From the NCBI GenBank assembly GCA_963768835.1, contig CAVYJB010000002.1, positions 459,082 through 523,081 of the forward strand: a stretch of 64,000 nt of DNA. Reading direction: 5' to 3'. Positions 29,358 through 41,300 of the stretch are shown piece by piece (the stretch's first letter is position 1; each line of letters opens with the position of its first letter). Both the position numbers and the translations under genes were made by a program. Under the pieces are notes generated by a model. That model made no database searches, was not told where the DNA came from, and saw only the letters and a list, made by a program, of their open reading frames with translations. This DNA is from an uncultured bacterium (lineage in GTDB: Bacteria; Patescibacteriota; Minisyncoccia; UBA6257; GWB1-50-10).

Positions 29358-32300
29358 ATGACCGTTCCCAAACCAAAGACTCCACGAACTAGGAAACCCC
29401 GCGTACCGAAAAACCCAACGGTACAACCTACGCCCATCTCAGACGTCTTAGAAGGGGGGCGTCGAACTATTTACCTTAGGGAGCGTTTTCCCCGCCTCGT
29501 CCAGCTCTCGCGCCAGCGTTTTGCAATCCCCATCTTTATTCTTGCCGCGGCGCTCGCGATAGTGGGGACCTATCAAGCGCTCTTCGTACACGCCGATCTC
29601 ACGACCCTTTACCCAAGCTCCTGTCTTGGCGGGTGGCGGTACCCGGGGAACGCGACAGGGAAGCCGGATATTCCCCTCGACATCGTCCCGGATCTGAACC
29701 AGTTTACGACGGCAAACTCCGCCATCTCGGATGGGGGAGAGAGTCCGCTCTTCTGCGGAAGTTTCACGGGCGACACACTCGATCCTGCGGCCACAATCAC
29801 GCATGTACGGCTCCGGTTTTCTCTCGCGGCCTTTTTCGGTTTGGATGCGGTGAAACGTGGAGCCGCCGCCGCGGCGGCGCCTGCCGGGAACGCGCCAGGG
29901 GATGTTCCTCTCCTCATTCTCGATACACGACCGTCGTCCACAGAACCTTCAGCGCTCCCCGAGGAAGGCTCTTCGACACCAACCGAGGAAAGTTTTTCGA
30001 CGTCTTCAACGGGTTCGACAGCCTCGCCACAGGTTCCTTCGGCAAGCTCAGGACAAGCGGATTCGACGGATACATCTCCCACCGCGACGGACACGCCTCC
30101 CACGCCATCAGCCCCTCCGGTCCTCCCGCCACCCAGCGATGCCTCGGGGACACTTCCGTCCGCTGCGCTCCGTACGCTCGCGGAACTCTTCTTCCCTCAT
30201 GCGGCTGCGCAGGAAGCATCTGCTTCAACCCCTTCAACAAATCCACCGCAAGCGGATTCAACAAGCTCACCAGAAGCGGATTCGATTCCTTCGATAGATT
30301 CAGGACAAGCGAACCCACCGCAAGCCGCTTCAGCTCCGAACGACGAAACCTCGACATCCCCAGTGCTTGTCTCACCACCCTTGCCGTCAGTGCCTTCCTC
30401 GACCCCTCCGACCTCCTCGACAAGCTCAGGAGAGGCGCCCTCGGGATCGGCGCCGCCTCTCGAACTTTCCGCATCTTCCACGAACGCCACCGGGACGCAG
30501 AACAGCGAGCTTGTCCCGACCTCTACTTCATCGAGTTCCCCTGAGGAATCTCCGGCTCCGTCTCCCGAGCCTCCCGCCCCCGCTCCTGCGGATACTACCT
30601 CCACCGCCTTCCTCGTGGTTTCCTATACCCTGGACGGCCAAACCTGGCAGCCGCTGGGGTACGTCACTCCCGACAACTGGCAGCAGGCGAACTTCGATGT
30701 TCCTGTCACTTCGACAGATGACATTTCGAAGCTTCAGGTGAGCGTAGAAAGCGTTCTCACGGCGGACCAGCCGCCCGTCGTGTACCTCGACGGCATGGCG
30801 CTTGAGGTGAGCTATGGGCCTCCGCCGGCTCCGAAAAGCCTGACGCCCGAGGATATCAACAAACTGTCGCGCGTCCAGGTGGATGCGAACAAGCTGTTCC
30901 GCGCGGCGAGACACGATTTCCGAGCCGGTGAGACCCCGTCCTTCGAGATCGATATTCCATCGAGCACGGACGCGCTCCTTTCTTCTCCTTCTTCTTCGGT
31001 CTCCACCTCGACCCTGGACGCGCCCGGAGAAGAAACGGTTCCCGGCGCTTCCACAACTCCTTCGGAAGGCGATATTCCATCCTCCTCTCCTGCCAGCGGC
31101 TTTTTGGATTCGCTGCGCAAGCTTGCAGGGATACCGGACGCAGCGGCGCAGACCTCCTCCTCAAGCATCCAGCGCGTGGAGGTCCTAGATATTTTCAATA
31201 ACCCGGTCGATGTCCAGCCGCAGGTCGTTCAGAACGGAAATCAGATTGTGATCAATTTCCCCGCGCCCCCGCGGGCGTTCCGTCCTGGGAGATACCAACT
31301 GGACGTGGAGGTGCTCGTGGGGGATACCGTCTATGCCTCGGAGCAGGACTTCACGTGGGGTATCCTCGCCCTTAACCTCGACCGCTCCATTTTCACACCG
31401 GGGCAGACGGCTTATTTACAAATGGCGGCCTTGAGCGATGAGGGGGACACGCTCTGCAACGCGAACCTCTCCCTCTCAATCACCGATCCGGGCGGAACTG
31501 TCACCCACGTCCCCGTGCAGCCGGGGGCTTCCTGCGGCCCGAACAACGTCACGGACGTTCCGGACTACACAGCTCATTATTCGGTGGGGAACACTACGGG
31601 TGTCTATACCATAACGCTTGAGAATCAGGATACCGGGCACACGATCACCGATACCTTCCAAGTCCAGAATTCCGTTCCGTTCGATGTGGAGCGCATAGGG
31701 GCGACCCGCATCAACCCGTTCATGTCCGACTATCGCATGCGTTTCCGCGTCACGGCGAATCAGGGCTTCGACGGCACCGTGCAGGAGCAGCTCCCGCAGG
31801 GTTTCGCCGTTATTGACCCAGGTGGCGGGGACGTTGCGGCGGGAGATGCCGCGACAATCCTTGGCTGGGAGGTACATCTTGCGGCGGGCCAGAGCATCGA
31901 GCTCTCCTACGTGTATCGGGCTCCCCGCGTGTCGCCGCAGTTCTATCTTCTCGGGCCCGCGCAGTTCATCCACCAAGCGGGCGTTCTGGATAAAATCGTG
32001 GGTTTTCTCTTCTCGAACCTCACGGGGTCCCAACCGCCCGTGGTATTCCAGGAAGCGCGGCAGTGGCAGCTCGCGGCGGACGCTTCCAACCCGGCTACCA
32101 TCCGCCAAGAGATCAATATTCTCGACCATACGTTCACCGCGGGGACCGTCGCCACTTCCTCGATGGAGATCGTGAACCTTAACCCGACGCAGTACGCGAC
32201 CGGGACCAATACCTTCTACTTCGAGATCGTCGCCTCAACGACCGGTGTTGTAGCGACCGCGACCCTGCAGGAAGCGGGGGGGCTTATCGACGCCACCACC

Positions 32301-35300
32301 ACCATCCCTGCGACCGCCACGTCCTCCACTCTCATCCGGACCGCGTTCACCCCCAATGCAGCCACGACGAACTACATTGTCGGTCTCCAAGGGCTCTCCT
32401 CCGGGTCGGCATATCTCCAGGCGGCCCGTATTGTCGTCAAAGAGGCCGCGACGAACTTCACAAACACAGAGACCCAGATCGAGATCGGAAACTACGAAAC
32501 GGGGAAAACGAACACCGCGACTTCAAGCTTGAGCAAACCGAAATACTGGCTGTATACCTCCTCGTCATGGGACGGCACAAAAACTTTCTACGCGGAGGTG
32601 ACGTACCAAACCAGCGCGTCGGTGACTACCTCAAGCATAGCCTCATCCTCGCTCTACACGGCGGCCGGCAACTTTACCTGGACGGCCCCCACAAACATCT
32701 ACGGGACGACGACCATGGAGGCGTGGGGTGCAGGTGGAGGTGGTGGAGGTGTGAACACGTCGAACGAGGGTGGTGGGGGTGGGGGTGGTGGCGCCTATGC
32801 GAGGGTTAACTCCTCCACGACTCCGGCGGGAACCCCGCTCGCGGTGACCGTCGGTGCGGCGGGCGGCGCTGGCGCGAGCTCGGGCGGGACCGGCGGTGTA
32901 GGTTCGACCTCGACCATCGCGACGAGCACGGTCGTGGCACAAGGTGGAAACGGTGGTGTCGGGAACGACGGGGCGGGAGGTACCGGGACGACCACACAGA
33001 GCGTCGGAGATGTGAAATTCGCGGGCGGCACCGGCTCCGCCGGTGCGTCGGCGTCGTACAGTGGTGGCGGTGGCGGTGGCGCAGGTTCAACCGGTGCCGG
33101 AGGCAGCGTGACCGCTACGACGACGGCCGGGCTGGGAACGACCGTGGGCGGCGGGAACGGCGGTGCGGGAAGACTGTCGTCCAGCGCGGGAGTCGGGAAT
33201 AATGGTAACCAGGCAGGCGGCGGTGGTTCCGGAGGGTACAGGGGGTCTTCTACGAACCGCGCCGGGGGCTCGGGAGGACCAGGGGAGGCAAAATTGACCT
33301 ATAGCCTGCTCGTCACGACCACGACGTTCGCCACCACCACTGTCTCTCTTCAGGAAGATAACGGTGCGTTCGGAGGATGGACGGACAAGCTCATCATCCT
33401 CGCTGCCGGTGTGAACACGACCTCGACGCGGGTCCGTGCGGGGCCTTTCACGCCCACGGACGGTCGGCACTACCGTTTGGCGTTTACGAACGCGACCACG
33501 ACCCGTGCCTTCAATATCTACAACGCGAAGATCATTGTGGACCAGGCGGGGAACCCGACGATGCTCGAACCCCAATACCTCCTCGCCAACACCGCGCTCG
33601 GCACGGGGACCTCCCTGCAAGGATTTCAGACCAAGTGGGATTCGACCGAGTGGAGCAATGTGTCGAACGTGTACCTCCACGAGGTGGAGGCCACCTCCTC
33701 CGCGACGTCCACCATCGAGCTGGACACCACCGGAGGGTCGCAGGTCGCCGGTTCCTCCATCGCGAATCCGAGCAACCTCGCGACCTCGACCCTCACGATG
33801 CCCGCGAGCCAGAACTTCGATGTGAAGGCCACCGCAAACTACGGGGGCATTTATGCGGACAGGATCCTGGTGGACGTTTCGTCCATTCTTCCGGTCTTCG
33901 AACAGACCGCGTACCGATGGTACCAGAATGCCAACATCGCTAACCTCCTCTTTGGTGTCGGGGGAGCCACCTCATCGAACCCATCGGCGGGTGATGACGA
34001 GGCGAACGGCATCGCCCTCAACGCCGCCTCGGGGACAATGTACGTGGCGGGGTATGATAATGCCAGCGGCACCGAATGGCGCATCGAAGCCCGCAACCTC
34101 TCCAACGGCTCGCTCATCTACGCGACGAACTCAATCCCGACCCTCAATTCTCCCGAGGCGAACGCCATCGCCATCAATGCCGCTTCAGGAACGATGTATG
34201 TGGTGGGGAGTGCGAATCCTGTTCTCGGGAACCTACAGTGGCGCATCGAAGCCCGCAACCTCTCCGACGGCTCGCTCATCTACGCGACAACCTCGAACCT
34301 AGCTGTGGGCACCAACATCGCGACCGCCATCGCCCTCAACGCCGCTTCGGGGACGATGTACGTGGCGGGGTATGATAATAGTCTTGGCGGCGGTGACCTA
34401 GAATGGCGCATCGAAGCCCGCAACCTCTCCGACGGCTCGCTCATCTACGCGACAACCTCGAACCCAACAGTCAATACAAACGAGGCGACCGCCATCGCCC
34501 TCAACGCCGCTTCGGGGACGATGTACGTGGCGGGGTATGATAGCCCTAGCGTCAGTGAGTGGCGCATCGAAGCCCGCAATCTCTCCAACGGCTCGCTCAT
34601 CTACGCGACGACCACTGCCCCGACCGCGGGTGGTGACCAAGCGACTTCCATCGCCCTCAATACCGCTTCGGGGACGATGTACGTGGCAGGGTCCGAGAAC
34701 AGCACTGGAAAATGGCGCATCGAGGCCCGCAACCTGTCCGACGGCTCGCTCGTCTACCGACAGTCTCTTAGCCTGACAACCTCTGACAAGGCGAAAACCA
34801 TCGCCCTCAATACCGCTTTGGGGACGATGTACGTGGCGGGGTATGACAATTTTGCTGCCGATACGGAATGGCACATTGAGGCCCGTAACCTCTCCGACGG
34901 CTCGCAGGTTTATGGGACAAGCTCGAACCCGACCGCGGGCCTTGACGAGGCGAACGGCATCGCCCTCAACGCCGCCTCGGGAAAGATGTACGTGGCGGGG
35001 TATGACAGCGGTGGTGGCACCGAATGGCGCATCGAAGCCCGCAACCTGTCCGACGGTACGCTTCTCAGCACCATCACCAGTCTTGTCCCCGGCACGCCCC
35101 TCGCGGCGCAGAACACCTCAACGACGCTCGGTACTGTGACGGCCTCGAGCACTTTCCGCCTACGCTTACTCCTCAAGGATTCCGTCGCCACCTCCACCAA
35201 TAGCAAGTTCAACCTGCAGGTCGCGAGCACGACAGTCGGTAACTGCCCCGGTAACTATACTGGGCTGACGTATACTAACGTCCCCACCTCGACGGGCTAC

Positions 35301-38300
35301 ATCACCTACAACACCAATAGTAACATCACTTACGGTACCGTCATCGCCACGAGCACCAACGACCCGACGAACGGCGGCGATACCGTCATCCCAGAGACCT
35401 ACAACGATCAGAATCCATTCTCCGTCGCTTCAGCCATCGGTTTGGGTCAGGACGGTGAGTGGGATTTCTCGCTCGTAAGCAGTAGCTCTATGCCCACGAG
35501 CACCGCTTTTTGCTTCCGAGCGGTCAATACCAGCGGCCAGCTCCTTACGACTACGACCGCTACGCAGATCCCTGAGATCGATACCCCGAATATATCAGCG
35601 GGAAGTACGATCAGTGGCTACCTTTACTCGGACGAGGGGGTGACCCTCACGACCTCCACGGTGAAGATTGCGGTGAACGGGTCCACACAATTTTCCTCGA
35701 CGACGATCGCGAGCTGGTACAACCCCTCCTGGCTATATCGGAAGCTCATCACTATCACGGGTTCCTTGGTCTCGGGCACGCAGACGGGCTTCCCGGTGCT
35801 TGTGAACACCACGGATCCGAACTGGGCCTACACCGGTAATGGCGGGCACATGGGTTCCTCGACGGGATATGACGCGCTCTTTACCGCTGCGGACGGCGTG
35901 ACGAAGCTGAACCATGAGGTGGAGTCCTACAATGCCACGTCGGGCCAGCTCGTCGCGTGGGTGCAGATACCCCAACTCACGGCGAGCACCACCTTCTATA
36001 TCTACTACGGCAACGCGGGGGCCAGCAACCAGCAGAACGCGACCTCCACCTGGGATGTAAACTATGCGGGCGTCTGGCACATGAATGAGGTCGGAGCGGC
36101 GACCACGACCGTGCCCGATTCAACAGGAAACAGAAACACAGGGACAAAGCTTTCCGCGTCCCAACCTTTCGCAACCTCCGGTCCCATTGCGGGCGCCCTC
36201 GCGTTTGACGGAAGCGCGGCGAAGATCACCACACCGTTCACGGCGACAACAACGAGCTTTACGCTTTCGGGATGGGTCTACTCAACGAGTACCGCGACCA
36301 CCGGAACGGTCAATAACGCGATGGCAGGATCGGTAAACAGCTCACGAGGTTTCGCGTTCTGGCCGGAGTGGGGCAACCCGGCGCCGCCGCAACAAGATAA
36401 CCTCATTGTCTACGGCAGTTCCGGGACCGTATCTCTGCAGACCTCCGACAACTTCAACCGGGGCGGCTGGTTCTATTTTGTGGCAACATATGCGAGCCCC
36501 AATGCCACGGTATACAAGAATGGAGCGTTCCTGAACTCGCAGAGTGTCGCTGTCGGTACCACTACAAACGTAGGATTCGACATCGGGGATCGTGGGGATG
36601 GTGCCCATTTCTGGCCCGGTGACATCGCCGAGGTACGACTCTCGACTATCGCACGCTCGGCGGCCTGGATCCTCACCGAGTACAACAACCAGTCTGCGCC
36701 GGGCGTGTTCTACACAGTGGGTCCCGAGCTGGCTTCAGGTGAATACTCATTTACTCTAGGTTCCTCCCTGAACACTGGCGATGTCATCACGGTCTGGATG
36801 GGGAACGGCATCTCGGCGCGCACGGGCGCGACTGTTACCCGCTGGTCAAACTCCCTCTCCACGCTTTCAGGCCTCAACATCTACCAACAGCACCTTATCG
36901 CGCGCCACGAGGACACAGGACCCCTCACCGACGCGAATATTCTCCTCTGCTCGAAGACTGCGGGGAGCGCCTGCTCGGACCCCGACCTCCACTTTGCGGC
37001 AGGCACGAACCCCAGTGACCTCACGGTGGACCCCGACTGGGGCCTCTATCTCTGGGGGGGGAAAACCTTCTCGCCGAACGGGACAGTCACGCTTTCTGCG
37101 GGCACCACCTCTTCGACCTACGGCGGCACTTTGAAGTGGGGGTCCTCGTCCACGATGCTCGCGGCGAGCACCTCCACGCTCTCCATTGGGGGGAGCTGGC
37201 TGAATGCTGTGGATGGGCTATTCTTCTCGTCCTCAGGTCAGGTCACCTTTTTTACAGGGAGTTCCTCACCAGTCTACAGCGTGGATAGCACTGGCAATAG
37301 TTTCCAGAATATCGTGTTTGGGTCTTCGACGCCCGCGACCAGCACTGCCTGGTACAGCGCCTCCTGGCTCCACCGTAAACTTATCAATATAACCGGTTCC
37401 CTCGTATCCGGCACACAAACAAACTTCCCGGTCCTTGTCTCGACCGTCGATCCGAACTTGGCTTACACCGGGAACGGCGGCCACGTGGGGACCTCCACAG
37501 GGAACGATATCCTTTTCACCGCCGCGGACGGCGTGACGAAGCTGAACCACGAGATCGAATCCTACACTTCCTCGACTGGGGCGCTTGTGGCCTGGGTTCA
37601 GGTGCCACAGCTTACCTCGACTACAAGTCTCTATATTTATTACGGCAACGCGGGGGCCAGCAACCAGCAAAACGCGACCTCCACCTGGGACCCCACTTTC
37701 TTGGGGGTTTGGCACTTAGGGGATTCTGCAAGCTCTGCCACCTCGATCGACTCCACCGGGAATGGGTATAGTGCAAAGAAGCAGGCGGTGAACAATCCGG
37801 CCGCGATTTCGACTGGCACTATTGATGGAGCTTCCTCCTTCAATGGCTCAACATCCTTCGCCTCCACATCCAAGCCGCTGAATTTGAATTCCACCACCAC
37901 AATCAGCGCTTGGGTTAAGCGCTACACAACTGGGGCCATCCAGCTCTACTTCACGAAGACAGATGCGCATGCTGGCAACTCCGACTACGCCGTCGGCTTC
38001 GAGGGCCCAGGGGCCAATGTCGACAAGTTCCAGTTTTGGGACAGCAATCTCAATCCCGGAACTCTCTATGCAGCACGTACGATTACCGATACCAATTGGC
38101 ACCAGCTTGTAGTAGTCACTGACTTCCATTGGTATGCAAGTTTCTATGTTGATGGCGCATTCGTGAACACAGGGACATACGATGGGAATAATAGCCAAAC
38201 CATCCATTCTTATCCCACTCACATCGGAGACGCGTTCGGGAACGCTCCTGATCTTTATTGGATGAATGGCGCGGTCGACGAACTTCGCGTCGCTTCCTCC

Positions 38301-41300
38301 CCCCGCTCGGCGGCCTGGATTCTCACCGAGTTTAACAATGAGTCCTCACCAGGCACCTTCTTAACGGTGAAGCCGGAGGATAGCTACCCGGGCGGTGTTT
38401 GGAACATCACGAGTGATTTAAATGCGAGCGGGAATCTTGCGGTTGTGACCGGGACGGTGGTGGGCTCCGCGAACGTCCTCATCGCGGGTGGGAACGCTAC
38501 GAGCAGCGGCGGCACGCTTAGCTTCGCAGGCGGTACCTTCACGCTTGCGCACCCCGGTTTCTACGGTGGTCTCCAGCCGTGGAGTCTCTACAACTTCATA
38601 GCTAGCTCCGGGGCCTCCGGCATCACCACAACCACTGGCACGGGCACCACAACGGTTACGGGCGCCTTCACTATCTGGCCGGGCTCCGGGTTCAACGCCG
38701 CGACCTCCACCTTTGTCCTTACAGCGATCTCCGGGGCGCCTTTCGTTCCCCAGGGCACCTTCCTGCCCGCCACCTCGACGGTCCTCTTCACGGGTGACGG
38801 CAACATTACAATCGCCTCCACGACCTACTATAATCTCACCCTCAGCCCAACCTTGACGGCAAGCCGAGCTTATAGTTTGGGAGGGCCGGGCATTATTCAG
38901 TTCATCCAAGCCACCTCGACGGTCACAACTACCACGGCGGCCTCTGTCACTTTCCCTTCGCCGGTAGGGGCAGGCGACACCATTATCGGCAGCATGATCG
39001 AGCCATCCGGTAGTACGGTCCAAGTCGGTGACACGCGGGGGAATTCCTACACCATTGCCGTTGGATCCTTCCCCGATCCCTTGGGCGACCTGATCTATAT
39101 GTTCTATGCCCCGAATGTGGCGGGCGGGCCAACCACGGTTATTGCCACGAGCTCTCTTGCCTCCCCGGCCTTCAATGAGCTCAACATTACCGAGTATAGC
39201 GGCCTCAATACCGTGAGCTCGTTGGACGCCATCTCCACTGGCACCAGCGTCGGCGGTGGTGTGAACCCCACAACTGCCACCACGACCATCACCTCTGCGA
39301 AGGAGCTCATCTGGGCCTACGGCCCGGATCTCGGTAGCGGCCTCAGTGCGGGGGCGAGTTTCACACCTCGGCTCGTCACGCAGGGCGATACCGTCGAAGA
39401 CAAAATCGTGTCCACTGCGGGATCCTACAGCGCCTACATGATTGCCACCACTACGAGCAACTGGGCCATCGTGATGGGGACTTTTAAGACGGGCCCAGGA
39501 TCCGGTATCCCTGGTGCGACAACAATCAACAACAATTTCCTTATCAACCCCACCTCCTCGAGTGCTCTGAACCTCGATGTAACTCTTGCCTCCACAACCA
39601 CCGTTCTTGGTGGGACGACCGTAATGAGTGGCGGTTCCTCCACTTCCACCCTCGACACGACGCCCTCAAACTCTTCCCTCACGACCGGGAATCTTACAAT
39701 CCAGGCGGGGGACGGTATGAATGCGAACGGTTCAAACGTGACCTTGACCGGCATCAACTCTCCTCTCGTTAATAACGGCCTCCTTTCCGTCGGCACCTCC
39801 ACCTTCATATACACCGGCGCCGGGGCCACGGTTGTTAACGCAAGCACCACGTACTGGAACCTTACGCTCCAGCCCGTATCCTCAGGCGCCGCTTTCGGGT
39901 ACCAGATGGCAACAGGCACCCCACTCACAGTTTCAAGCACGCTGAATGTGAACGGGTCAGGCGATGAAGGCGCAAACTGGACCCAGGCGACCTCGAGCGC
40001 CGCGTGGGCCGGGCGGAAATCCGAACCCGCCCTCGTCTATCACGGAAAGCTCTGGCTCCTCGGGGGGCAGCTATCGGGGCCTGTGGCGACCTCGAGCGTC
40101 TGGTCCTCCTCGGACGGTGTGAACTGGACCTTTATGGGTTACGCGCCTTGGACTGCGCGCTACTCGGCGGCGGGGCTTGTGTATAAGGACAAGATGTGGA
40201 TCATGGGCGGTACAGACCAATCCGCGGCGCGGAAGAATGATGTCTGGTGGTCCACCGACGGCGTGAACTGGACCCAGGCCACCTCGTCCGCGACCTGGGC
40301 GGCGCGTGAAGCCCCCCGCGCCGTCGTGTTCAAGGGCTACATGTGGATTGTGGGGGGGTACATCGGCTCTGTCACCCATGATGTCTACTATTCGTCGAGC
40401 GGCATCGCATGGGCTACAGCGACGTCGAGCGCGAACTGGTCTATCCGCTACTACAACGCGTTGGTCGTCAAGGACGGGAAGATGTGGGTGTACGGAGGGT
40501 ACGGAGGCGTTGATGACTGTGCGAGCGGTTCCCGCAACGATGTCTGGTGGTCCTCCGACGGCGTGAACTGGACCCAGGCGACTGCAAGCGCTCCCTGGGC
40601 CTGCCGATGGCAGCTTTCCTACGGTGTCTACGACAACAAGCTGTGGGTGGTGGGAGGGTACGATAGCTCGGCCGGCTATAGGACTGATGCTTGGTACTCG
40701 CCGGACGGAGTGAACTGGACAATGGCCACGAGTGGGACTGCAACGAAAACAAATGACACGCCGCTTTTAGCTTTCCAGAACCGCCTCTGGAGAATCGGCG
40801 GCGAAAATGGATCGTATTTGAACAATGTCTGGTACACACCTTCCTCGACCCTCACTGTCACGCTCGGAGCTACCACGACCGTTGCCTCGACGACGAACGT
40901 AAATGCGGGCATCCTCGATGCAACTTCCTTAAACTACCCGCTGACGACCATGAATCTCGCAGTCGGGCCCGGTGGCACCCTCACTGGTCGCGGCTCAGCG
41001 CTCCTCGCGACGGGGGATGTCAGTATCAATGGGTACGGTCGTGACAACGGTGGCATCCTCCAATCTACGACCAACACCCTCACTATCCAGGGCAACTACA
41101 CCCAAACTGGCACCTTCGCAAGCGGCACGACAGGAACCGTTCTCTTCAACGGAAGCGCTCAGCAGGTTCTAGCGGGGGAGATGACGGGCGGGAACGCGTT
41201 CGGCCTCCTCACCTTCGCGAACAACTCCGGAGGCGATCCTTCTTCCACCCCCTCCCTCATCGTTTCCTCGTCGCTCGACGCCGCAACTTCCACCATCACG

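Noticed and set aside
33960-35100. Regularly spaced ~160-nt direct repeats, considered as a possible CRISPR array or non-coding tandem repeat
   Set aside because: The repeats are in frame within the giant ORF and encode beta-propeller blades. The period is far longer than CRISPR repeats, and there are no short invariant repeats with unique spacers or adjacent cas genes.
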